A DNA stretch of 64,000 nt from an uncultured archaeon (GTDB taxonomy: Archaea; Thermoplasmatota; Penumbrarchaeia; JASLWR01): positions 1-64,000 of the forward strand of contig CAYSHM010000004.1 of the NCBI GenBank assembly GCA_964430885.1, read 5' to 3'. Below are positions 26,244 to 36,144 of this stretch, piece by piece. The notes under the pieces are model-generated. The model had not been told where the DNA came from, did no database searches, and saw nothing but the letters and a program-made list of their open reading frames with translations. The translations under genes and the position numbers were made by a program. Position 1 is the first letter of the stretch; every line of letters begins with the position of its first letter.

Positions 26244-27896
26244 TTGAGAATGATATGTGAGGACTACAAAGGTGGCACTGTTGCAGGCAGTTACTTTGAT
26301 CTTGAGACTGCCCTTAAGGATCCAGAAAATGTACTGTCCCTTGATTGTGAGCCGGATGAAATCTCCGGTCTTCCCCCCATGACAGACCTCCCCCCCGCCA
26401 TCGGGCAGATGACTAACCTGGAGAATCTAGATCTGAGCGGACATCATCTGACCGATCTTCCTGAGGAAATTGGCAGTCTGAAAAACCTTCATTCTCTGGT
26501 GCTTGAGGACAACCGCTTTTCGACCGTTCCGGATATTGTATTCCACCTCTCTTCTCTTCGGGTGTTGAGCCTGCGCCGTCTTCGTATTTCGAGCATACCT
26601 CCGGCGATCAAGAGATTATCAAATCTGGAGACACTGATCCTCTCCGGGACCGGATTGACGTCTTTGCCCGAGAAATTGACCTGCCTTGAGAATCTTCGAG
26701 AGCTGGATCTGGGTTTCAATAAATTCAGAGCAGTACCCCCGCAGATATTTCAATTACCCGCTCTTACAAAACTTGAACTTTCCGGGATGGATCTTCAAAA
26801 CCTCTCGCAGGATATCGACGGCCTGGCCCGTCTCAGGGACCTTATTCTATTCGGTAATCGCCTAAAAAGCCTTCCAATTCAACTCTGTAACCTGAAAGAC
26901 CTTCGTACCCTGGACCTTGAAAATAATCTTCTCTCTATGATCCCCCCTGAAATAGGGAATCTCTCGAAATTGACCGAATTGAACCTTGCGCGTAACAAAC
27001 TCTCAGATCTCCCGGACTCTTTCAGTGAGTTGACCAACCTGAAAAAGCTGGATATTTCTCACAATGAGCTAACCGATCTGCCGGATCTCTCCCGTCTGCT
27101 GGACCTGGTCCATCTGGATATGAGGGGGAACAAACTAAAAGAATTGCCTCCCGGCATCGGAAATGCAACCAAACTTCCGGAACTTTTGGCTGAAGGCAAT
27201 CCGCTTGAGAGACTCTCCGCCGAGATCGGAGGTATGGTTGGTCTCAGTGAACTGCGTCTTGAGAAACTCCCGCTGCATTCCCTGCCACCGGAGATCGGGC
27301 GGCTGCGTGGGCTCCGTCAATTGAGGTGTTCGGACTGCTGCATTTCTCACCTTCCCGCGGAGATAGGACAGCTTGAAGAGCTTTACTCGCTTTTTATTGT
27401 AAATACACTTATTGAAGTTCTGCCCGCGGATATCGGCAGACTGAAAAAATTGGTGCATCTCACCCTGTCATCCAACCGACTAGCAACTCTCCCAGAAGAG
27501 ATCGGTGAACTAACCGCTCTTCATTCTCTGCTCATTTCGAACAATCCTCTCGAAAAGATACCCCGCGAGCTGGGACACATGAATTCGTTGACGGATCTCA
27601 GGCTTTCCGGAACCAATTTGAGTTCTCTTCCCGAAGAGCTTGCCCACTTGGATAATCTAAGAAGTCTATGGCTTGACAGATTACCCCTGAAGGACCTGGC
27701 AGGAGCACTGGGAACCATTGGCGAACTTCCCCGTTTGGAAACCCTGAAATTAAGGGGGAACGGGCTTGAAACACTCCCCGAGGAGATGATGAATGTTTCG
27801 GGCCTGCGATACCTGTTCCTGAACGATAATTCCTTTTCTTCCGACGAGGTACGGAATATTCGATTGATGCTGCCTGGGGTTCATATCTATTTTTAA
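26244..27896 (+). CDS. Leucine-rich repeat protein (about 21 repeats of 23 aa)
   Basis: LxxLxxLxLxxNxLxxLPxEIG repeats; N-cap YFDLETALKDPENVLSLD. Confidence 0.95.
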   Translation: MRMICEDYKGGTVAGSYFDLETALKDPENVLSLDCEPDEISGLPPMTDLPPAIGQMTNLENLDLSGHHLTDLPEEIGSLKNLHSLVLEDNRFSTVPDIVFHLSSLRVLSLRRLRISSIPPAIKRLSNLETLILSGTGLTSLPEKLTCLENLRELDLGFNKFRAVPPQIFQLPALTKLELSGMDLQNLSQDIDGLARLRDLILFGNRLKSLPIQLCNLKDLRTLDLENNLLSMIPPEIGNLSKLTELNLARNKLSDLPDSFSELTNLKKLDISHNELTDLPDLSRLLDLVHLDMRGNKLKELPPGIGNATKLPELLAEGNPLERLSAEIGGMVGLSELRLEKLPLHSLPPEIGRLRGLRQLRCSDCCISHLPAEIGQLEELYSLFIVNTLIEVLPADIGRLKKLVHLTLSSNRLATLPEEIGELTALHSLLISNNPLEKIPRELGHMNSLTDLRLSGTNLSSLPEELAHLDNLRSLWLDRLPLKDLAGALGTIGELPRLETLKLRGNGLETLPEEMMNVSGLRYLFLNDNSFSSDEVRNIRLMLPGVHIYF

Positions 27897-28022
27897 GATT
27901 CCTTCTCCCCCTCGTTTTTAATAAAGTTCCAGTTTTTGATTATGTTTTGATAAAGGCAATCGTTATATCTCAAAAGTTTCCTATCATCATAATCCATGGT
28001 TCATGGCCAGGGAGGGATGTGA

Positions 28023-28361
28023 ATGTTCGAAGAAGCAGAGTTAGAAGAGATAGTAAATAAAATAATTGCGCAGGATGAAAATCTGGGCGATCAGGCGGGA
28101 AGCAGCGGCCATCTTGGCAATGTCAGTTGTGAGATCAAAGAGATAGGCACAGCGAAGAAAGTGGAATCGGACAATGGTGACAAATGGGAGATCACCTATA
28201 CCTATACTATCGTGGTCGTGACCGAATTCACCATCTATCCGGACAATCCACCTCACGAGAACACCTATCGAAAGAAGATCATCATCGATGAAAAAGGAGA
28301 ACTGATTTCCGAATCTCCAAGAGAATTTATCGCCTCGGATATGCCCATTTACGAGCTTTGA
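28023..28361 (+). CDS. Hypothetical acidic protein
   Basis: 112-aa ORF with GGAGG RBS; no family recognised. Confidence 0.65.
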   Translation: MFEEAELEEIVNKIIAQDENLGDQAGSSGHLGNVSCEIKEIGTAKKVESDNGDKWEITYTYTIVVVTEFTIYPDNPPHENTYRKKIIIDEKGELISESPREFIASDMPIYEL

Positions 28362-28378
28362 GCTTCAAGGAACGGGAG

Positions 28379-29488
28379 ATGGAACTTGAGGTGATGATAT
28401 TGAGACTGAAACATTTGTTTTTGATTATTATTCTGGTCCTGGCCGTTTTTATTACAGGATGCATTGGTGGTAATAACGAGGATAAGGACCCTGTTACTGA
28501 TGTTAACAATGGAAATGGGGAAAACAACGGACTTGATTCTTTTGAATATCTTAACCTATCCATGAATGAACTTTTAGAAAATCCAGAAGGTTACCTGGGA
28601 AAGCCAGTAGAGATAACTGATGCAATGGTTACTGCACGGCTCACAGGCAATAGATATATAATAAACGACAACACAACTAATTATTCGATAATTCTTTCAT
28701 ATACATTAGCTGGTGAAATGTTCCAGATTGAAAACATACTTCATGTTAAGGGCATATTTGAGCAGCACCACCAGGGTTATTGGCAAGTTAGGGTCAGAAA
28801 CATAACCACAGATACAGCTAATTACATGGGAACCTGGACTACTGGAGCTTTGCACCAGGTTTCAAATATGTGCTCATTGTTTGAAGCTATGGGTTTGACT
28901 TCTCAGCAGTTCATTGAGCAGCTTCAAGCAGCTTTCGGAGAAACAGGAATGAACAACAATGGTCAGTCCACTTTTATTGATGAGGATATTGGTACAATTG
29001 TTCTATCCAATTTGGTAGGCGTTTCAATCGAGGAAGGAGATACAGTGGAGGCTCGAGGAATACTCAGATACAATCCAAAGGGTGATTACTGGGATATGGA
29101 AATAAGGAACGATACCGGCGATTATATCAAGATAGTATCTAAAGCTCCGTTTTTAAATTATACAATCGTAGTTTTAACAGACCTTTTATCTGATGCAGAT
29201 ACTTTTAATGGTTCGAATGTAGAGATTTTCAACGTAAGCATTCTAAAAATTGAACAGATACAAGGCGGATTGAAGCTTAATATCACTGATACGTCCTCTG
29301 CAGATGATCTGATACTTTTAATTCCTGAAGGTACAGATTCACCCAATGATCTATCTGAAAACGATACGGTCAATATCAGGGGACATTTCAGGAATGACCA
29401 AGGCGGTTGGCACATATATATTAGAGACAATGAAGTGGATTGGGTTAAAAAAAACTTTCAAACAGAAATCATTCTAATTAATGAATAG
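28379..29488 (+). CDS. Lipoprotein with repeated OB-fold-like beta domains
   Basis: ITGC lipobox; three segments ending G-x-F/L...W-x3-[IV]R (YWQVRVRN, YWDMEIRN, GWHIYIRD). Start uncertain (28358-28394). Confidence 0.6.
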   Translation: MELEVMILRLKHLFLIIILVLAVFITGCIGGNNEDKDPVTDVNNGNGENNGLDSFEYLNLSMNELLENPEGYLGKPVEITDAMVTARLTGNRYIINDNTTNYSIILSYTLAGEMFQIENILHVKGIFEQHHQGYWQVRVRNITTDTANYMGTWTTGALHQVSNMCSLFEAMGLTSQQFIEQLQAAFGETGMNNNGQSTFIDEDIGTIVLSNLVGVSIEEGDTVEARGILRYNPKGDYWDMEIRNDTGDYIKIVSKAPFLNYTIVVLTDLLSDADTFNGSNVEIFNVSILKIEQIQGGLKLNITDTSSADDLILLIPEGTDSPNDLSENDTVNIRGHFRNDQGGWHIYIRDNEVDWVKKNFQTEIILINE

Positions 29489-29512
29489 GCGGTTGAATGA
29501 TTTTTTATTGGT

Positions 29513-30058
29513 TTAGGGCAATAGGATTAGCAATTTATTTTTAATATGTTTCGCCCATTCTTTGGCTTTCAGGATCTCTTTTTTCTTGTCACCGCGGGTT
29601 AGGTTCCAGAAATCCTTTTTTCCAATAATTATGTTTCCCTTTGACACCTGATCCGCCATCTTGTTCAGTGTTTTCCTCGGTCCTCCTTCGTGAGTGCAGA
29701 AAAGAGCAATTTTTTTTCCTTTCAGGGGGATTTCACCGAAAAAAGTTCTCAATGGAGGTGTGAACGTATATGCCCAGACAGGTGTTCCTATCACAAGAAC
29801 ATCATAATCCAGCGGATTTTTCTTTAAAGGCTTTAGTTCGGGTTTCTTTTTTAACACAACCTGTCTTCCGCCCCATAGAAATTTAGTGAATCCTTTGGAA
29901 GTCATTTCCTTTACCGGTTTTAGAAATAGTACATCAGCATTAAGTTTGTTTGCAATGACCTTTGCTATTTGTTCAGTGTTTCCTTCGTATGAGTAATAGA
30001 TTACTAGTATGCTAAAGGTATTTTCTCTTTCCTTTTCCACCATGGGATTCACATCCAT
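29513..30058 (-). CDS. Flavodoxin
   Basis: YYSYEGNT, YDVLVIGTPVWAY, IALFCTHEG. Confidence 0.9.
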   Translation of the reverse strand: MDVNPMVEKERENTFSILVIYYSYEGNTEQIAKVIANKLNADVLFLKPVKEMTSKGFTKFLWGGRQVVLKKKPELKPLKKNPLDYDVLVIGTPVWAYTFTPPLRTFFGEIPLKGKKIALFCTHEGGPRKTLNKMADQVSKGNIIIGKKDFWNLTRGDKKKEILKAKEWAKHIKNKLLILLP

Positions 30059-30074
30059 AATTTAAACAACATTC

Positions 30075-33000
30075 TTATTCCAAAACCCATTCTTCATACT
30101 TGCTCCAATCCTCCTCCTCGATATCATCAGCTCCTTCGTCCGATAGATCTGAATCCCAAATATCGACATCATCCCAGCTCTCCTCATTTCTGTTTTCATC
30201 TTTCCTGTCACTTTCAACACTGAAGAACGGGACATCATCGCTCTCATTTACTTCCTCCGCCTCTTCATCTCTTTCAAGATCCTTATCTTTCTTTTTTCTC
30301 TTTCCGGCGGCACCCTTTTTCCTACTCGATCCTTTCTTGGATCCTGCAGTTTTCTCAGCCTTCCCACTTCTATCTTTCTTGGGGGTTTTCGATTTATAGT
30401 TATCCGCCTTCTTCTTCTCCCCGTCTGCCTCATCTTCCTTCCTTCTTTTTCTGGCAACCAATAAAGCTACAACAATAATAAAGATGATAAGTGCCAGACC
30501 CAGAGCTAGCCACAGGGTATTACTGCCTTTCATGTTCAATTGAGGTAAGATCCCATCTTCGCTTCCACCTTTATTTTTGTCATCATCACCTCCAGTTCCG
30601 TTTGGATTACCGGGCCCTTCACCATTTCCGTCGTCATCGTTATCATCGTCGCCAATGACCTTCGGCAGTATATTAACCATGATGGTGGTGGAGTTCCACC
30701 CGCCGAATAAGTCTGTAACATTCAGGGTCAGGCTGTGTTGTCCAACGGTCAGATTGAGAAGTATGTTCGTATCGCTTTCAATATATTCCCTGTCAACGTA
30801 CCAGTTGAAGCTTAAAATGTCGCCGTGGATTAGGTCTGGATCGTCACCCTTCCCTGCAGCAGTGAATGGAGTGCCTTCGGTGTGTTCGGTCTTAGCTACT
30901 ATCTCCACATCATGCGGGATATCGTTGGTATTGTTCACCTTTATAATAAAATATACCCAGTCCTTTCCGCCTTTTCCGTCCTCTAATGTGACATTTACGG
31001 TCCAGTTGCCTACATGGTAGTTGTTCGGCGTCCCGCTTAAAAGTCCAGTATCCCTGTCGAATTTGAGGAAGGGAGCATTGGTATAGCAGGTCCAGACCAA
31101 GGTATCATTTACTGGATCGACGTCAAAACCTTTGAAAACTGCATTGTAGAGTTCTTCCTCCTGACAAAATGTATCCGGAACCGTCTCGATAACAGGATCG
31201 TCGTTCTCATTCATCACCTCAAGGCTGAAGTTCTGCCAATCGGTTCCGTTGTTTCCATCGTTTACAGTGATGTTCACCCACCATATTCCCACATCTTTGT
31301 TCTCGGGCGAGCAAGTGAGGTTTCCAGTGGTAGCATTCATTTCAATGAACTCAGCCTTGGTGTGCAGTTTCCATGTCAGAGTATCGTTGGTTGGGTCCAT
31401 GTCTTCAGCTTCATAGACGTGATAGAAATCCAGATCCTCCCGCAGTATATACGGCACATATTCAATGATTTCCGGAGCGTCATTGTCATTCAGGACAATT
31501 ATCTGTAGATCAAGAAAGTCGGATCCTTGAGAGTTCTCGATGCTTATGTTCACCGTCCAATTCCCGACATGCTGGTTTAGAGGTTCGCCGACGAGTGTTC
31601 CATTGGTATGGAGGGTGAGGAAAGTAGCATTTGTCTCCATTGCCCATACAACGGGTTCATTCGTGTTCCTCGCGGACAAGTTGAGCTGATAGTATTCGTC
31701 CTCTTCAGCCTCCAGGCCCCCCTCCCTTGCCAGAAGGGGAATGCCCCACGGTCCCACAAGGGGATTGTTATCCATGCAGCCGGCACTTCCGCCTATGGCA
31801 TAGGGCGAGTCGCATATGCCGTTTTGGTCTTCATCAATGATATTATTATCACTCCAGTAGTTCCCGCTGTCGCCGTTGTCGAATCGATTCCCGTATCCGT
31901 CATCTCGTGCTTGTTCGCCAGATCTGGTTTGACTGTTGTTGAGGAAATTATTGTGGACTATCAGATTCCCTGTTCCGTCTAGGACCTTAAGGCCGCATTT
32001 TCTGTTGTTGCGGTATTCGTTATCTGTAAGATAATTATTATTTCCGGAAATGATAGTACCTATTGTGTTATTGGAGAATGTTGAATTGGAGATGGAGCAG
32101 CCATTGGAATTGTAAAGGACTACTGGCGACCATAATCCCCCTCCAGTAAAATCCGATATGGTGGAATTTGTGCAGTTTACCAGAACTAACTGTCCATAAT
32201 CTTCTCTCAGCATGATTTCTGTGTAATTTACAGCGTACTTGAGCTTACCGCCTTGGACCGTATTGGAGGAATCTATAGTATGAGAATTCCAGTTTTGATC
32301 ATGTTCTCCATGGATCCTAATCCCGCTTTCAAAGTGGTTGTCGTAAACAGTAGCATCCCTTACTTCGGATAACAAAACGGAACCTGCACACTGGCGGATA
32401 ACGCAGTTCTGCACTCTAACCCCGTCCCCGTAAACAGCGATCCCTGGAGCCCTGTTCACCTTGTTACCTGTAATGTTGATGCCCGAAATATAACAGTTAT
32501 CAGCATTGACAATGATTGCAGGCATTTCATTTTTGAAGGTGGTCAATATGGTTGGGTCGTTGTGTACAGCAGTTAGAATTACGCTTTTATTGAGGTAGAT
32601 TGTCTCAGTGTAGTTTCCAGGGGATAGAAAGACAGTTCCGCCTTTCTTGACCCTGTGAACAGCTCTGGCAGGATCAGCAAAGCTTGTCCATCCGAAACCC
32701 GGGGTGTCGGTACCATAATCGTCATCCACATACACCATATCAGGTTCAAAAAGTATCAGGGACGGGTCTCCCAGTATGACCATTCCGTAATACCAGCTGA
32801 TATCGTTATATCCGCCAGGATCATCGGAATAAGGATACTGGACCTCGAACCATTCCCTAAGTGCCTCGCCGAATGAATTGCCTCTTCCTAGCGAATCATA
32901 GAACCATGAAAAACCAAGCATTGATCCCGTTTTTGTGCTCCCCAAAGATATTAGGGAATCGGTCCCGGTATTCATTACATAGGCATGACCCAGACAGTTA

Positions 33001-34100
33001 TTGCTGGTGAATCTTGCCCCAGAACAGCAGAATAGGTTATAGAATAGCGCTTCAGGAGGAGCTGCCCGAAGGTTATTGCTGTTGGTGTTTCCGCCGGTAT
33101 GGAAGTAATGAGTAGTTGCTCCTGAATGGCAGGATAGCTGAATGAACTCATAGGAAGCATTGGGAACCCGGTTGGACATATAATCGTTCTTATTAACTGG
33201 ATTGTCGGTATCACTCCACCACATGGCATCGTAATCGTCGTAAGCGTTACCTATACCGTGCCTGAAATCATTTCCTCCCGCCCAGTCGTGATCAGTGTAG
33301 GTGAGCCCGTACCTGGTCCTGTTCATCTGTCCTGTCCAGTACCTGTGGACCTTCCCGAAGTAGCTCTTGAGAACCTCGATCTCTACCCCTGGCACTCTCG
33401 AAGCGTCGATTCGGCCGGTGAATATTTCCGGTGCAGTATCGCCCACCCCGTCAGTGTGCGACTCGTACTTGTTATCGCTATTTGCATCTGTCCAGTTCCC
33501 GTCCATGTCCATGTAGTATAGGTCGCATGGGAAAGAGGACGGGTTTCCGTCGAAATCGTTCACATGATAGAACCAGGGAACGGGAAGATCGCCTACAAGT
33601 ACAGCTCCGACAACGTGATAATTTGGGTCGTTATAATAGCTTAGTATAGTGTTCTTAATATCTACGTGGTTTCCTCCGGAGACCGTAAGCTTGACAGGAG
33701 TATAGCCGGCATTCTGAAGATCGGCAATATAGGTATCCAGCTCAGAGGTCAGGAGGACTCCCAGAGACTGCTGAACGAAAACCAGCATGGTTGAGGGATG
33801 AAATTCCGGATCTCTGGACCTGGTCAATTCCGGATCCGGTGAGATATGGAAGGGGAGGTTAGGTCTGATTGATATATAGTCCTCATATGTATCCACTGGA
33901 CCTATGGTTCTCATGCTCTGGTTAAGAAGAAGTGAATATTGATCAGAATCCACGGCCCAAGAAGGTCTATTGCTGATATCAGAATTATTTCCTTTGTCAT
34001 CATACTTTATGCTGAAATAGGCCGAAGCCGAGGTGGAAGTAAGAATTATAATTAGAATAGCTAAGCATATAAGCGGTATGGATGAGCCACTCTTTGCCAT
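30075..34100 (-). CDS. Surface-anchored C25 (gingipain-like) cysteine peptidase with a NosD-like beta-helix and cadherin/Ig-like repeats
   Basis: LVGD, DLYYMD, PEIFTGRI, SCHSG (His), FCCSGA (Cys), VILGDP; VYVDDDY/GNYWSD beta-helix; three NxND-x-P repeats; TM plus basic/acidic tail. Confidence 0.85.
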   Translation of the reverse strand: MAKSGSSIPLICLAILIIILTSTSASAYFSIKYDDKGNNSDISNRPSWAVDSDQYSLLLNQSMRTIGPVDTYEDYISIRPNLPFHISPDPELTRSRDPEFHPSTMLVFVQQSLGVLLTSELDTYIADLQNAGYTPVKLTVSGGNHVDIKNTILSYYNDPNYHVVGAVLVGDLPVPWFYHVNDFDGNPSSFPCDLYYMDMDGNWTDANSDNKYESHTDGVGDTAPEIFTGRIDASRVPGVEIEVLKSYFGKVHRYWTGQMNRTRYGLTYTDHDWAGGNDFRHGIGNAYDDYDAMWWSDTDNPVNKNDYMSNRVPNASYEFIQLSCHSGATTHYFHTGGNTNSNNLRAAPPEALFYNLFCCSGARFTSNNCLGHAYVMNTGTDSLISLGSTKTGSMLGFSWFYDSLGRGNSFGEALREWFEVQYPYSDDPGGYNDISWYYGMVILGDPSLILFEPDMVYVDDDYGTDTPGFGWTSFADPARAVHRVKKGGTVFLSPGNYTETIYLNKSVILTAVHNDPTILTTFKNEMPAIIVNADNCYISGINITGNKVNRAPGIAVYGDGVRVQNCVIRQCAGSVLLSEVRDATVYDNHFESGIRIHGEHDQNWNSHTIDSSNTVQGGKLKYAVNYTEIMLREDYGQLVLVNCTNSTISDFTGGGLWSPVVLYNSNGCSISNSTFSNNTIGTIISGNNNYLTDNEYRNNRKCGLKVLDGTGNLIVHNNFLNNSQTRSGEQARDDGYGNRFDNGDSGNYWSDNNIIDEDQNGICDSPYAIGGSAGCMDNNPLVGPWGIPLLAREGGLEAEEDEYYQLNLSARNTNEPVVWAMETNATFLTLHTNGTLVGEPLNQHVGNWTVNISIENSQGSDFLDLQIIVLNDNDAPEIIEYVPYILREDLDFYHVYEAEDMDPTNDTLTWKLHTKAEFIEMNATTGNLTCSPENKDVGIWWVNITVNDGNNGTDWQNFSLEVMNENDDPVIETVPDTFCQEEELYNAVFKGFDVDPVNDTLVWTCYTNAPFLKFDRDTGLLSGTPNNYHVGNWTVNVTLEDGKGGKDWVYFIIKVNNTNDIPHDVEIVAKTEHTEGTPFTAAGKGDDPDLIHGDILSFNWYVDREYIESDTNILLNLTVGQHSLTLNVTDLFGGWNSTTIMVNILPKVIGDDDNDDDGNGEGPGNPNGTGGDDDKNKGGSEDGILPQLNMKGSNTLWLALGLALIIFIIVVALLVARKRRKEDEADGEKKKADNYKSKTPKKDRSGKAEKTAGSKKGSSRKKGAAGKRKKKDKDLERDEEAEEVNESDDVPFFSVESDRKDENRNEESWDDVDIWDSDLSDEGADDIEEEDWSKYEEWVLE

Positions 34101-34193
34101 GATTACAATAACGCGAAGTTGATATTTAACCGTTCTTACCTGTTCTGTTCACTGGTAAAAATATGTTAATAACGGAGTTATATGACCTAACAT

Positions 34194-34940
34194 TCACCGA
34201 TCAATATCGGTGATGACGATGACTTTTCCCGCTCCGAGGGCAATTTTTGCAGGGCATCTTTTGCAGTCAATATTCTCATCCATGAACATATCCAATGCCT
34301 TTCTTTTACCTTCACCGAAAAAGAGAAGCAGGCAAAGGTCGACATCTATTATAACCCTAGGTCCAATGGTCATCCGGAGTGAGGGCGGTTTTGGAGAATC
34401 CTCAATGATAAAAAACGGCTGCTCTTCATCTTCAAGCGCAGGATGTCCCGGAAACAGTGAAGCGATATGCCCGTCCTCTCCAACTCCCAGGACCAGAATT
34501 GTGCTAATTCCTGCATTATCTTTGGACTTCACCTCATTGTAGATGCATTCATATCTATCTAGAAGCATCTGATAGATAGCAGGCAATTTGAGGGCACCTT
34601 CGTCCCTATATCCTGATGTAATAAAGGGATGGATCATTTTTTGAGTTAATATTTCCTTCTTCAGCAGATCATCAAAAAATTGTTCCTTTGCCAGTCTGAA
34701 GTTACTCATTTCGTGTTCCCAGGGTACCAGCCTCTCATCGGCCCAGAAAAAATGGATGCAGCTCCATGGTATGGAGGTATTGCCAACCTTATTGAAATTA
34801 TCGAACAAAGGAATTATACTTCTGCCGCCAGGAATAAAAAGCATTACAGTATCAAGATTCCCTACGGATCCGTTGAACTCAGATACAATATCCGCCGCTA
34901 TTTCACCAGCTTTTTCCATTTTGCATCTGATCATATCCAA
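34194..34940 (-). CDS. pgl: 6-phosphogluconolactonase
   Basis: PGGRS, FWADERLV, SNF, LGVGEDGHIASLFP, DSPKPPSLRMT, GEGK. Confidence 0.85.
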   Translation of the reverse strand: MDMIRCKMEKAGEIAADIVSEFNGSVGNLDTVMLFIPGGRSIIPLFDNFNKVGNTSIPWSCIHFFWADERLVPWEHEMSNFRLAKEQFFDDLLKKEILTQKMIHPFITSGYRDEGALKLPAIYQMLLDRYECIYNEVKSKDNAGISTILVLGVGEDGHIASLFPGHPALEDEEQPFFIIEDSPKPPSLRMTIGPRVIIDVDLCLLLFFGEGKRKALDMFMDENIDCKRCPAKIALGAGKVIVITDIDR

Positions 34941-34987
34941 AATATCACCTTAGATCATATAATTTAAAAATTTGATAAAAAACGGAT

Positions 34988-36124
34988 TCAGCTAACAGGT
35001 AGGCCGATAGTGAATTCAGTTCCTTCTCCGGGTTCGCTGACGACCTTCACACTGCCGCCCCCTCTTTCTACAACAGAGCTAACCAAGTAGAGTCCTAGTC
35101 CAGTCCCCTCCCCTGCATCCTTTGTGGTATAGAATGGATCGAATATCTCGGACAATTCTTCCTGGGTTATTCCCCTGCCTTCATCTGAAACAGATATTTT
35201 GATAAATCCATCATCAACCCATGTTTTTATCTCTATCAAACCGCCTTCGGGGGAGGCTTCCACAGCATTGATTATTAGGTTGACCAGACTCTGTTTCAGA
35301 TCACCTGAGCCGATAGTTACACCCGGTAGTTCATTCAATTCCGTTTCAATTTTATATTTGTTTATATCGAATGAGTAACTTGCGATGTTCAAGCTTTCTT
35401 CAACGATCTGGTTGACTTTATCTCCTACCGGTAGATCATTCCTCAAGTCATTGGAATACTTGCTCAATCCCCGGACAATATTCTTTATCCTCTCTCCCGC
35501 CTTAATCACTTCGCCGATATCTTCGTGAATTTCCTCAATCTTATCTGAGTCCAGTATGATCTCCGATAGTCCGGTGATTATCTGAAGGGGATTGGAAATC
35601 TCATGGGCTACACCGGTGGCAAGGTTTCCAAGTCCGGCAGCCCTGCTGGTCCTTACAAGTTTGGCCTGAGCTTCTTTCAGCTTGGTAATATCCCTGAAAA
35701 CACCGGTTGTCCCACTGAATTCTCCATCCTTGAACTGGGCATTAAGATTTCCTTCTACATAGATCTCCTTTCCATCCTTCGTCACGAAAATTGTCTCTAC
35801 GTTATCAAGAGCCATCCCTTTCATGAGAAGCCCGAACATCTCCTGGCATTTTTCTAGATGATGGGAATGGATGATCTTCCAGACCTTCATTCCCAAAGCT
35901 TCTTCCCTGCTGTATCCGAGCTTTTCCAGCCATTTCTTATTCACGAAAAGTATATTCCCTTCTATGTCAACGCTCTGGATGAGATCGTTTGCGCTCTCGA
36001 TGATATTTTTATATAAATATAGTTCAGAACCGTGACGTGCATTCAAAACCATCACCTGAAAAAAATTTGCCGATAGTGGGAAAAATTGAATATCAAATGG
36101 AATATGAGTAGTTGATAATTCCAA
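34988..36124 (-). CDS. PAS-domain sensor histidine kinase
   Basis: PAS domain; H-box AHEISNPL; N-box NLIINA; DEGRGI; FDPFYTTK; GTGLGL. Real start probably near 36052. Confidence 0.92.
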   Translation of the reverse strand: MELSTTHIPFDIQFFPLSANFFQVMVLNARHGSELYLYKNIIESANDLIQSVDIEGNILFVNKKWLEKLGYSREEALGMKVWKIIHSHHLEKCQEMFGLLMKGMALDNVETIFVTKDGKEIYVEGNLNAQFKDGEFSGTTGVFRDITKLKEAQAKLVRTSRAAGLGNLATGVAHEISNPLQIITGLSEIILDSDKIEEIHEDIGEVIKAGERIKNIVRGLSKYSNDLRNDLPVGDKVNQIVEESLNIASYSFDINKYKIETELNELPGVTIGSGDLKQSLVNLIINAVEASPEGGLIEIKTWVDDGFIKISVSDEGRGITQEELSEIFDPFYTTKDAGEGTGLGLYLVSSVVERGGGSVKVVSEPGEGTEFTIGLPVS

Positions 36125-36144
36125 TTATTTTATAGATTTGCCTG

